From: Candidatus Thiosymbion ectosymbiont of Catanema sp. Cochon2018
GTDB taxonomy: Bacteria > Pseudomonadota > Gammaproteobacteria > Chromatiales > Chromatiaceae
Direction: 5' to 3'
Assembly: GCA_011392765.1 (NCBI GenBank)
Contig: WYCW01000004.1
Span: forward strand, 573,846 to 637,845
Length of the DNA: 64,000 nucleotides
Position 1 is the stretch's first letter, and each line of letters starts with the position of its first letter. Shown one piece after another: positions 46,082-55,407 of this stretch. The notes below the pieces were generated by a model. That model was given only the letters and a program-made list of their open reading frames with translations. It ran no database searches and was not told the origin of the DNA. A program made the position numbers and the translations under genes.

Positions 46082-47784
46082 TCGACCTGCGCGACGATCA
46101 GATGGCGCTGGTGCGGCGCATTCTTGCCGAGCAGGTGCCGGAATGCGAGGTACGGGCCTTCGGATCGCGTGTGACCTGGACCGCCGGCGACAACTCCGAC
46201 TTGGACCTGGTTGTGATCGGCACGGGAAAGCTTGGCTGGCAAACCATGGCCGGGATCAGGGACGCCTTCGAGGAATCGATACTGCCCTTTCGCGTGGACC
46301 TGCTCGATTGGCATGTTATTCCCAAGAGCTTTCGCAAGAATATTCTTGAGGGGTACGAGGTGATTCAGAACCCCATCATGAGAGGCAACGGCGATGAAAA
46401 ATTGATTGAACATATAAAAGATGAGGGAGTGAAGCGGTACGGGTGGTTCTGGGGTGCGGGGGGTGAATTTCAGACGGCACGACTAGGCAACTTCGCAGAG
46501 GTTCAGACAGGGCCATTTGGTAGTCAGCTTCATAAAAAGGACTATGTTGATGTCGGCACACCAATCATTACAGTGGAACATTTAGGTGACAATCGAATTA
46601 TCCATTCAAACCTTCCGCGTGTTTCAGACAAAGACCGTCTGCGCCTAAGCAAATATTGGATACAGAAAGGAGATATTGTTTTCAGCCGTGTTGGTTCAGT
46701 TGACCGTAGAGCATATGTGCACGAGCAAGAGGACGGCTGGTTGTTTTCTGGTCGTTGTCTGCGAGTTCGTGTAACTGACAAAAATCTAAATTCACGCTTT
46801 CTATCATTTTTCTTCGGGCTGGAAAGTATCAAGGAGCATATTCGTCAGATAGCTGTAGGTGCAACAATGCCATCATTGAACACATCCTTGTTAAGTAACC
46901 TTGAAATAATTATTCCACCTCTATCCGAACAACGTGCCATCGCCCACATCCTCGGCACACTCGACGACAAGATCGAATTGAACCGGCGCATGAACGAGAC
47001 GCTGGAGGCCATGGCCCGCGCCATCTTCAAATCCTGGTTCGTGGATTTCGACCCGGTACGTGCCCGTGGGGGCGAATTACCATTCGCCCTGAACCTGCCG
47101 TCTGAAATTCTGAATCTCTTCCCCGACAGCTTCGAGGATTCGGAGCTGGGGGAGATTCCGAGGGGGTGGGAGATCAACTCAATTGGTGAGGTCGTTCGGT
47201 GTGTCGGCGGGTCAACGCCAAGCACCAAGAGTCCTGCATTATGGGATGGCGGCACGAATCCTCTTGTGACCCCCAAGGATATGTCATCACTTACAAGCCC
47301 AATAATACTGGATACAGCTCGCCACATTACCGACGCTGGCGTTGACAAGATAAGTTCAGGTCGTCTTCCCACGGGGACCGTTCTTCTCTCCTCAAGGGCA
47401 CCTATCGGCTATCTTGCTATAGCAAAAGTACCTGTTTCGGTAAACCAGGGCATCATCGCGATGATCTGTGATAAATCGCTGCCCAATTACTATGTGCTGT
47501 ATTGGATAGAGGCAAATATGGAAACCATCAAGAGCAACGCTGGTGGAACTACATTTGCCGAAATCAGCAAACGCAATTTCAGGCCTATCCAAGTCGTTGT
47601 TCCCCATGAACGTGTTCTTGAGGCTTTTATTCAACAGGTCGGGGCGTTGCACAAGCAACTAGTTCTCAACCTCCAAGAATCAAACACCCTTACTTTCCTC
47701 CGCGACCTGCTCCTCCCCAAACTGATTTCCGGCGAGCTGCGGGTCCCGGATGCCGAGAGGTTCATTGCGGAGGCCGGGGTATGA
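46078..47784 (+). CDS. hsdS: Single ORF encoding an N-terminal MNT (minimal nucleotidyltransferase, putative antitoxin) domain fused in frame to a complete type I specificity subunit HsdS
   Basis: Residues 1-~97 read MIDLRDDQMALVRRILAEQVPECEVRAFGSRVTWTAGDNSDLDLVVIG...RVDLLDWH (GS...DxD NTase motif). TRD1, the central conserved region (LSEQRAIAHILGTLDDKIELNRRMNETLEAMARAIFKSWFVDFDP), TRD2 and the distal conserved region (LRDLLLPKLISGEL) follow. There is no stop codon between the two parts. Confidence 0.75.
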   Translation: MIDLRDDQMALVRRILAEQVPECEVRAFGSRVTWTAGDNSDLDLVVIGTGKLGWQTMAGIRDAFEESILPFRVDLLDWHVIPKSFRKNILEGYEVIQNPIMRGNGDEKLIEHIKDEGVKRYGWFWGAGGEFQTARLGNFAEVQTGPFGSQLHKKDYVDVGTPIITVEHLGDNRIIHSNLPRVSDKDRLRLSKYWIQKGDIVFSRVGSVDRRAYVHEQEDGWLFSGRCLRVRVTDKNLNSRFLSFFFGLESIKEHIRQIAVGATMPSLNTSLLSNLEIIIPPLSEQRAIAHILGTLDDKIELNRRMNETLEAMARAIFKSWFVDFDPVRARGGELPFALNLPSEILNLFPDSFEDSELGEIPRGWEINSIGEVVRCVGGSTPSTKSPALWDGGTNPLVTPKDMSSLTSPIILDTARHITDAGVDKISSGRLPTGTVLLSSRAPIGYLAIAKVPVSVNQGIIAMICDKSLPNYYVLYWIEANMETIKSNAGGTTFAEISKRNFRPIQVVVPHERVLEAFIQQVGALHKQLVLNLQESNTLTFLRDLLLPKLISGELRVPDAERFIAEAGV

Positions 47785-47905
47785 GTGGACACAATGGACA
47801 GCATGGACGACTTGGACAATATGGACATGCCGGATTCGACGATGAGGTCGAGGGGTTGGATCTGTGTACCCCGGCTGCCGAGAGGTTCACTGCGGAGGTC
47901 GGAGT

Positions 47906-48610
47906 ATGAGTGGACGGAATGGACAGGATGGACAAAGTGGACGGGGAATGAGAGGTAAACCGACCGAGGGACTGATTCCCAGGCACGGCGGCTACCGCAA
48001 GCTGAAGAGCTTTCAAATCGCGCAATTGGTCTATGACGTGACGGTGCGGTTTTGTGACCGCTATATCAATAAACGCAGCCGTACCCACGACCAGATGGTG
48101 CAGGCGGCACGCTCGGGGGTACAAAACATCGCGGAGGGCAGCAAGGCCTCGGGTACATCCAAAAAGACCGAACTGAAGCTGACCAATGTGGCGCGGGCAA
48201 GCCTCGAAGAATTACGCCTGGATTATGAGGATTTTCTCCGACAACGGTGCTTGCCGCAGTGGGAGCGAGAGGACCCGCGCTGGGCGGAGCTCATCAATCG
48301 GCGGTGTTCTACTGCCGATGAGGTGGCACAGTGGATACGAGAGGTCCATGATGGAAATGGACAAAGTGGACAATATGGACAAGGTGGACAAAATGGACCG
48401 TCCATGAAGTCCACGCTGTCCATTCCGTCCACTCAGTCCACCAAGTCCACTTATCCCGAAATAGCCGCCAATGCCGCACTGGTCCTGATCGCCGTGGCGT
48501 GCAGCCTGCTCGACCGTCAGCTTGCCGCTCAGGCCGACGCCTTCGAGGCAGAAGGTGGGTTTACCGAACGCCTTTATAAAAGACGGACCCAGGCGCGGAG
48601 GAGACAATGA
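47906..48610 (+). CDS. Four-helix-bundle protein (23S rRNA intervening-sequence protein family) with C-terminal 'suffix' region; carries an in-frame TGGAC-word hairpin insertion
   Basis: YRKLKSFQIAQLVYDVTVRFCDRYI...THDQMVQAARSGVQNIAEGS is typical of the family. The start is ATG 47906 or 47948. The insertion lies at 48350-48450. Confidence 0.75.
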   Translation: MSGRNGQDGQSGRGMRGKPTEGLIPRHGGYRKLKSFQIAQLVYDVTVRFCDRYINKRSRTHDQMVQAARSGVQNIAEGSKASGTSKKTELKLTNVARASLEELRLDYEDFLRQRCLPQWEREDPRWAELINRRCSTADEVAQWIREVHDGNGQSGQYGQGGQNGPSMKSTLSIPSTQSTKSTYPEIAANAALVLIAVACSLLDRQLAAQADAFEAEGGFTERLYKRRTQARRRQ

Positions 48611-48669
48611 GCGCCATCTATTTCCGAAGATGGCTACGGCAACGGATGTCACGATGATGAGGCCGGTCT

Positions 48670-49677
48670 ATGAACGAAATCATTTTCTACCGCACGCCGG
48701 ATGGCGATAAGAAAATCGAGGTGACATTTCAGGATGAAAATTTCTGGATGACACAAAAGGCTATTGCCCGGCTATTTGGAGTTGAAGTACCTGCTATCAG
48801 CAAGCATTTGGGAAATATTTACGAGACGGGAGAGCTGGAGCGGAAAGCAACTATTTCCATTTTGGAAACAGTTCGACGGGAGGGCGCCCGCAGCGTCAAG
48901 CGGAAGCTGGAGTACTATAGCCTCGACGCCATCATCGCCGTGGGCTACCGGGTCAACAGTTATCAGGCCACCCAATTCCGTATATGGGCGACTAAAACCC
49001 TTAAGGAGTTTATCATCAAAGGCTTTGTGCTGGATGATGAGCGGCTCAAGCAGGGACAGCGTTTTGGCAGGGATTATTTCGACGAGCTCCTGGAACGGAT
49101 TCGGGAGATCCGTGCCAGCGAACGGCGTTTTTATCAAAAGATCACTGATATTTACGCGCTGGCGGCCGATTACGACAAGGATGCCCCAATTACTAAGGAG
49201 TTCTTCGCCACCGTACAGAATAAGCTGCACTGGGCCATTACCGGGAAAACCGCCGCGGAGACCATCTATGACTCGGCCAATGCCGAAAAAATACACATGG
49301 GGCTGACAAGCTGGAAACAGGCGCCCGAAGGGAAAATTTTGAAATCGGATGTTTCCGTTGCCAAGAACTATTTGAGCGAGGCGCATATCAGGGAGTTGAA
49401 CCGCATTATCTCTGCTTATCTCGATCTTGCGGAAAACCGGGCTCAGCGGCAGATTCTAATGAAAATGGAGGACTGGGTTCGGTTTCTTCATAATTTTCTG
49501 GAGCTTGCCAACTACCCTATTCTGGAAGGCAAGGGCAAGGTGAGTGCCCTAGACGCCAAACTCAAAGCCGAACAGGAATATGATACCTATCGCAAGCGAC
49601 AGGATCGGGAGTTTATTTCGGACTTTGACCGAGCAATCAAACGGGTTCAGGGAAAGCAAAAGGAAAACAATGGATAA
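48670..49677 (+). CDS. rhuM: RhuM-family protein
   Basis: MNEIIFYRTPDGDKKIEVTFQDENFWMTQKAIARLFGV...IIAVGYRVNSYQATQFRIWATKTLKEFIIKGFVLDDERLK is typical of RhuM. Confidence 0.85.
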   Translation: MNEIIFYRTPDGDKKIEVTFQDENFWMTQKAIARLFGVEVPAISKHLGNIYETGELERKATISILETVRREGARSVKRKLEYYSLDAIIAVGYRVNSYQATQFRIWATKTLKEFIIKGFVLDDERLKQGQRFGRDYFDELLERIREIRASERRFYQKITDIYALAADYDKDAPITKEFFATVQNKLHWAITGKTAAETIYDSANAEKIHMGLTSWKQAPEGKILKSDVSVAKNYLSEAHIRELNRIISAYLDLAENRAQRQILMKMEDWVRFLHNFLELANYPILEGKGKVSALDAKLKAEQEYDTYRKRQDREFISDFDRAIKRVQGKQKENNG

Positions 49678-52175
49678 AACGACCGAAGCCACCCTGGAAC
49701 AAACCACGCTCGAATGGTTTGCATTGCTCGGCTGGCAGACCGCCTTCGGCCCCGACATCGGCCCGGAGGGTCCGGCCCGCGAACGCACGGGCTATGATCA
49801 GGTCGTCTTGCCCGAGAGGCTCCGATCCGCGCTCATAAACATCAACTCGGACCTCCCGCCGGCCGCCATCGACGAGGCCGTCCGGAAAATTACCCGCACC
49901 GAGTCACGCAGCCTGATCGAGAACAACCGGCGTTTCCATCGAATGCTCACCGATGGGGTGGATGTCTCCTATCGGCGCAACGGGCGTGAGGTTCATGACA
50001 AGGTATGGCTGTTGGATCTCGCGGAGATCGAGAATAACGATTGGCTCGTGGTCAATCAGCTCAGGGTCATCGAGAATCGCAGAAACCGGCGGCCGGACCT
50101 GGTGGTCTTCGTCAACGGCCTGCCCTTGGGTGTAATCGAGCTCAAGAACCCCGCGGATGAGAAGGCGACCATCCGCCACGCCTTCAATCAGCTCAATACC
50201 TACAAGAACGACATTCCCGGCCTGTTCGTCTACAACGAGCTGCTCGTGATTTCCGATGGCCTGGAGGCCTGCGGCGGAACCCTCACCAGCGGTTGGGATC
50301 GGTTCATGCCCTGGCGGACCATCGAGGGCAAGGAAGTCGCTCCGCGAGGCTCGGTAGCGCTCGAGGTGTTGCTCAAGGGGGTCTTCGACAAGCGGCGCTT
50401 TCTCGACCTTCATCGGTTTCACGGGGACGCCGATCGAGCATGAAGACCGCAGTACCCCGGCGGTCTTCGGAAACTACATCGACCAGTACGACATCCTGCG
50501 GGCGGTCGAGGACGGGGCCACGGTCCCGATTTACTACGAAGGCAGATTGGCGAAGATCGGGCTGCGAGAAGAAGAAAAACCGACCATCGATCCCGAATTC
50601 GAGGAAATCACGGAGGGTGAAGAGGAGTCCGATAAGCAGAGATTGCGTACCAAGTGGGCCACCCTCGAAGCGATGGTCGGCACGGAAAAACGGATCGCGC
50701 TGGTCGCGGAAGACCTGGTCAATCACTTTGAAGCCCGCCTCTCCGCCCTGGACGGCAAGGCGATGGTGGTCTGCATGAGCCGTCGCATCTGTGTGGATAT
50801 GTACCAGGCCATCGTGAAGCTCAGGCCGGATTGGCATCGCGCCGACGACGGCCAGGGGGTGCTGAAAGTCGTCATGTCCGGCTCGGCGTCGGATCATACC
50901 GAGTGGCAGTCCCATATCCGCGACAAGCCGCGACGTGAGGCCCTGGCCAAGCGGTTCAAGGACCCGGACGACCCCATGCAAGTAGTAATCGTGCGGGATA
51001 TGTGGCTGACCGGATTCGACTGCCCGTCGCTGCATACGATGTACGTGGACAAGCCCATGCGGGGGCACAGTCTGATGCAGGCAATCGCCCGAGTCAACCG
51101 GGTATTCAAGGATAAACCGGGGGGATTGGTAGTCGACTACCTGGGCCTGGCGGATCAGTTGAAACGGGCCCTCGCGGACTATACCGAAGCGGGCGGCCGC
51201 GGCCAGGCGGCGGTCGACCAGGAACAAGCCGTCGCAGTGATGCGGGAGAAGTACGAGGTGGTCGTCTCCATGTTCCACGGCTTCGATTACGCTACCTATC
51301 TCCAAGCGGAACCGACCCGGCGTATCGCCGCCGCTATGGATCATATCCTGCAGTTAGAGGACGGGAAGAAGCGCTTTTTCAAGGAGGTAAGGGCGCTGTC
51401 GAAGGCCTTTGCCCTCGCCGTCCCGCATGAGCAAGCCTTAAAAATCCGGGATGAGGTCGGGTTCTTCCAGGAGGTCCGCGCCGGCTTGGTAAAGGCAACG
51501 GTCGCCGGCGAAGGCAGGACCCCCGAAGAGATGGATACCGCGATCCGCCAGTTGGTATCCAGGGCCGTGGCGCCGGCAGGGGTCATCGACATCTTCGCCG
51601 CGGCGGGATTGAAAAAGCCGGATATTTCGATCCTCTCGGATGAGTTTCTCCAGGAGGTCCGGCAGCTCCCCCACCGGAATCTCGCCGTCGAGCTGCTCCG
51701 AAAACTCCTGCACGACGAGATCAGGACGAGTGCCCGCAAGAACGTCGTCCAGTCACGCTCCTTTGCGGAGATGCTGGAGCAGGCCGTCAGGAAGTACCAA
51801 AACCGGGCGGTCGAGGCCACGCAGGTCATCGAGGAACTGATCGAGCTGGCCAGGGAGATGCGCGCGGCTCAAAGACGCGGTGCCGACCTCGGCATGACCG
51901 ATGAAGAGGTCGCTTTTTACGATGCCCTGGAAGTCAACGATAGTGCCGTCAAGGTCTTGGGGGATGAGACGCTGAAAATGATTGCCCATGAGCTGGTCGC
52001 GGCGGTCCGACGGAGCCTGACGATCGACTGGACCGTGCGCGAAAACGCCCGCGCCCGGATCCGGGTGATTGTGAAAAAGATTCTCCGCAAGTATGGATAT
52101 CCACCGGACAAAGAGGAAAAAGCGACACAAACCGTTTTGGAACAGGCGGAGGTGCTCTGCAAAGAGTGGATTTGA
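49670..52175 (+). pseudogene. hsdR: Type I restriction subunit HsdR with an internal deletion plus frameshift that removes helicase motifs I-II
   Basis: The N-terminal nuclease domain (RPDLVVFVNGLPLGVIELK) runs to ...KRRFLDL and then reaches a stop at 50441-50443. Another frame, open from 50358, reads [46 protein letters not shown] and continues to 52175 through helicase domain 2 ([35 protein letters not shown]). I find no GxGKS/T or DEAH motif in any frame. Confidence 0.8.
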
Positions 52176-52287
52176 TCGCGATGTAAAACGCGACCTGGAG
52201 CTTGCAGCCAATGGGTAAAACAAGAATGCGTGAGATCATAGAATCCGGCTTCAAAATCACTGCACCGGAGGATATGAGTTTCCGGCT

Positions 52288-52434
52288 TAGGGGCTGTCTA
52301 AAAACTAACACATTGATTTTAAGTCGGTAGGCTGGGGGGCAAGGAACGAACCCCAGCGTTGGTTATTGCTGGGTTTTGGCCGTCCCTGGCCGCAACCCAG
52401 CCTACGGCCTACGGTCCCTTTTTAGACAGTCTCT
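52288..52434. mobile_element. MITE-like element family A, copy 2
   Basis: Nearly identical to 977-1123 over its whole length. Confidence 0.85.
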
Positions 52435-52598
52435 TAGCCAAAACCCTGCCTATCGAAATCTTGCAGGTCTCGGTCTAAAAGAAATGGATATCGGCTGGTG
52501 GGACTCTGCCGACAATAGGCTGATCTTCCCGTAGCTGAAGGGAATCGAAATTCGGCGGGGTTTTGATAAATCAGCGGATTGAACAAGAGGTCAAATGC

Positions 52599-54146
52599 AT
52601 GTTCGAGGCCACCAAGGTCGGACGCACGGTCGACAAGGCGTCCTTCAAACTCCAGCAGGAGGCATTGCGCACCCAGCTCCTGGAGGTACAGCGCGAGCTG
52701 CTGCAGACCGACATCCCGGTAATCGTCCTCGTCTCGGGGGTGGAAGGAGCCGGTAAGGGAGAGGTCGTCAACCGCCTCAACGAATGGCTGGATACCCGCG
52801 GCGTACGCACCTTCGCCTTCTGGGACGAGACCGAAGAAGAACGCCAGCGGCCACGCTATTGGCGTTTCTGGAACGCCGTCCCCGCGCGCGGGAAGCTCGC
52901 CATCCTGTTCGGCGGCTGGTACCAGGCCCCGCTCGAGCAGCGTTTCCAAGGGCTATGCAACGACACCGAGCTGGATGCCGAGCTCAATCGGATCGCGGAT
53001 TTCGAGCGCATGCTCATCAACGACGGGGCCCTGGTCGTCAAGTTCTGGTTCCACCTCTCCGAGCAGGACCAACAGGCCCGCCTCAAGGAGCTTTCCCGCG
53101 ACGACCGCAGCCGCTGGAAGATGTTGCCGAAGAAGGGCCGGTTTCATGAGCATTATCATCGATACGAACGGATTGCCGAGCGCGTCATCCGGTATACCGA
53201 CTGCGGGATCTCGCCCTGGTACCTGATCGAGGCGGAGGATCGGCGCTACCGGGACCTCACCGTCGGTAAAACCCTGCTGCACGCCGTCAAGGTCCGTCTT
53301 AGCCAACCGCCTGCCGTGGAGCCGCCTTCCACCTCCAGCCACCTCGAGTTGCCGGATGTATCCAGTGCCCGGATTACCCTGCTCGATCAGCTCGACCTGT
53401 CCAAGTCCCTCGACCGGCAGACCTACAAGTCGGAGCTGCGCGCGTTGCAGACCCAGCTCAACGAGCTCGCATGGGAGGCCTACAACAAGAAGCGCTCCCT
53501 GGTGCTGGTCTTCGAGGGAGTCGACGCCGGTGGGAAAGGGGGCGCTATCCGCCGCTTCACCAATGCCATCGACGCCCGCCTCTATCGCGCCATCCCCATC
53601 GCGGCCCCCACCGACGAGGAGAAGGCCCACCATTACCTGTGGCGGTTTTGGCGCTACATCCCCCGCGCCGGCTACATCACCATCTACGATCGCTCCTGGT
53701 ACGGACGGGTCCTGGTGGAACGCGTCGAAGGGTTCGCTACCGATGTCGAATGGCGTCGCGCCTATGCCGAGATCAACCAGTTCGAGGAACAATTGGTCCG
53801 GAGCGGGACCATCCTGCTCAAGTTCTGGCTCCAGGTGAGCCAGGAAGAACAGCTACGCCGCTTCAAGGACCGCGAACAGGTGCCCTACAAGCGTTTCAAG
53901 ATCACGGACGAGGACTGGCGCAACCGGGAGAAATGGCCCGAATACAAGGCCGCGGTCAACGAAATGGTGGTCCATACCAGCACCGAGTACGCCACCTGGA
54001 CCCTGGTGGAGGGCGACGACAAACCCTATGCCCGCATCAAGGTGCTGCGCACCCTGCGTGATACCCTCAAGACGGCACTTACACGGGAGATAGAGGACCC
54101 CGGCAGCCGGATTCCCTGTGCCGGAAAGCGGCCGAAGGGCCGATGA
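52599..54146 (+). CDS. ppk2: Two-domain polyphosphate kinase 2 family protein (polyphosphate:AMP phosphotransferase-like)
   Basis: Two tandem PPK2 units, each with a Walker-A-like GVEGAGKG / GVDAGGKG followed by YLWRFW / YWRFW. The ATG at 52599 follows AAGAGG. Confidence 0.85.
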   Translation: MFEATKVGRTVDKASFKLQQEALRTQLLEVQRELLQTDIPVIVLVSGVEGAGKGEVVNRLNEWLDTRGVRTFAFWDETEEERQRPRYWRFWNAVPARGKLAILFGGWYQAPLEQRFQGLCNDTELDAELNRIADFERMLINDGALVVKFWFHLSEQDQQARLKELSRDDRSRWKMLPKKGRFHEHYHRYERIAERVIRYTDCGISPWYLIEAEDRRYRDLTVGKTLLHAVKVRLSQPPAVEPPSTSSHLELPDVSSARITLLDQLDLSKSLDRQTYKSELRALQTQLNELAWEAYNKKRSLVLVFEGVDAGGKGGAIRRFTNAIDARLYRAIPIAAPTDEEKAHHYLWRFWRYIPRAGYITIYDRSWYGRVLVERVEGFATDVEWRRAYAEINQFEEQLVRSGTILLKFWLQVSQEEQLRRFKDREQVPYKRFKITDEDWRNREKWPEYKAAVNEMVVHTSTEYATWTLVEGDDKPYARIKVLRTLRDTLKTALTREIEDPGSRIPCAGKRPKGR

Positions 54147-54245
54147 CCTGGTAGGGTGGACTGTGTCCACCGCCTCGGCATTGAGAACACGGTCGTGTTT
54201 TGAATCCGCGATTACGCAAATTCTCGCAGATGACTAAGAAACGAA

Positions 54246-54353
54246 ATATACTGCCGCATGGCACAATTCGAGCTTTTGAATTTCCCCCTCACCCCTGCCC
54301 TCTCCCGGAGGGAGAGGGAGTGAAATGCGCAGATTGTACCGTGTGGCAGTATT
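54246..54353. repeat. Palindromic element family C, compact copy, itself flanked by CGCAGATT-word arms (54195-54240 / 54355-54385)
   Basis: atatactgccgcatggcacaattcgagc...ccctcacccctgccctctcccggagggagagggagtgaa...gtaccgtgtggcagtatt. Confidence 0.8.
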
Positions 54354-54462
54354 TGTGAAAACCTGCGTAATCTGCGGATACCTGCCGATGTTTGCCGCGC
54401 GATGCGGCATCGATTCCGCGATACCCGGTTGTCGAGAGAGGGTGAGCAGATCTCCCCGCCTG

Positions 54463-55407
54463 TCACTCCAGTGCCTGAATCATCTCCGGAACCACCTGCA
54501 GCACATCACCGACCATACCGATATCTGCGATATCGAAGATGGGCGCAGTAGGATCTTTGTTGACGGCAACGATGGTGCCGGCATCCTTGATCCCGGCAGT
54601 GTGCTGCAGGGCGCCGGAAATTCCCAGCGCGATGTACAGCTCCGGGGCAACTATCGCACCGGTCTGACCCACCTGGAGATTGTTGCCGACGTAGCCAGCA
54701 TCCACTGCCGCACGGGAAGCACCGACGGCTGCCCCTAATCTGTCGGCGAGTCGATTGACCAAGTCGAACTGCTCGCTGCCGCCCAGCCCCCTGCCACCGG
54801 CGACGATCCTGCTCGCTGTGCGTAGGTCGGGACGCCCTCCCTTCATCGCACGCAATTCCACGAAACGGGTGTGCTTTGGCAGGTCGACCGCCGGAGTGAG
54901 GATCTCGATCTCGGCGGCATCATCGCATTCCTCCACGGCTTCGAAAGAGGACGGACGCACGGTAGCCACGACGGTCCGGTCCTCCGGGGCCTCGACATCC
55001 ACGACAACGTTGCCGGCATAGATAGTCCGTTGGAACAGGTGCGGGGAAAGCACGCGCCTGACGTCGCTGATCTGAGCCACCCCGATGAGCGCCGCCACTC
55101 CCGGCATGAGATCTTTACCGAAGCTGGTAGCAGGCGCCAACAGGTGCGTGTAGCCGGCGGCGATCGCCACGATCTGGGGCACCAGGATCGCCGCCAGCGG
55201 GTAACGGTTCTCGAGGTTCCGCACCAACAGGACGCGGTGCACACCCGTCAGCCTGGCGACCTCTCGGGCTACCTCTGTACCGTCGTCCGCGAACACGGCC
55301 ACCTCCGCCCTCGCATCCGCGATCTGTACGGCACATCGAATGGTGTTGGCCGTCGCCGCGTCGAGCCGGTACCCATCGTGCCCGGCGATGACAAGAACCC
55401 TGCTCAT
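54463..55407 (-). CDS. etfA: Electron transfer flavoprotein alpha subunit
   Basis: 314 aa with the C-terminal FAD-binding region GASRAAVDAGYVGNNLQVGQTGAIVAPELYIALGISGALQH. Confidence 0.9.
   Translation of the reverse strand: MSRVLVIAGHDGYRLDAATANTIRCAVQIADARAEVAVFADDGTEVAREVARLTGVHRVLLVRNLENRYPLAAILVPQIVAIAAGYTHLLAPATSFGKDLMPGVAALIGVAQISDVRRVLSPHLFQRTIYAGNVVVDVEAPEDRTVVATVRPSSFEAVEECDDAAEIEILTPAVDLPKHTRFVELRAMKGGRPDLRTASRIVAGGRGLGGSEQFDLVNRLADRLGAAVGASRAAVDAGYVGNNLQVGQTGAIVAPELYIALGISGALQHTAGIKDAGTIVAVNKDPTAPIFDIADIGMVGDVLQVVPEMIQALE

Noticed and set aside
43401-52434. Treating the whole R-M locus plus the Panacea islet as one intact mobile genomic island.
   Set aside because: There is no integrase, excisionase or conjugation gene, and no matching long direct repeats at 43.3 and 52.4 kb. 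Only the short aminotransferase 3' duplication (41881/43166) supports an integration event, and it brackets just the ~1.3 kb islet.
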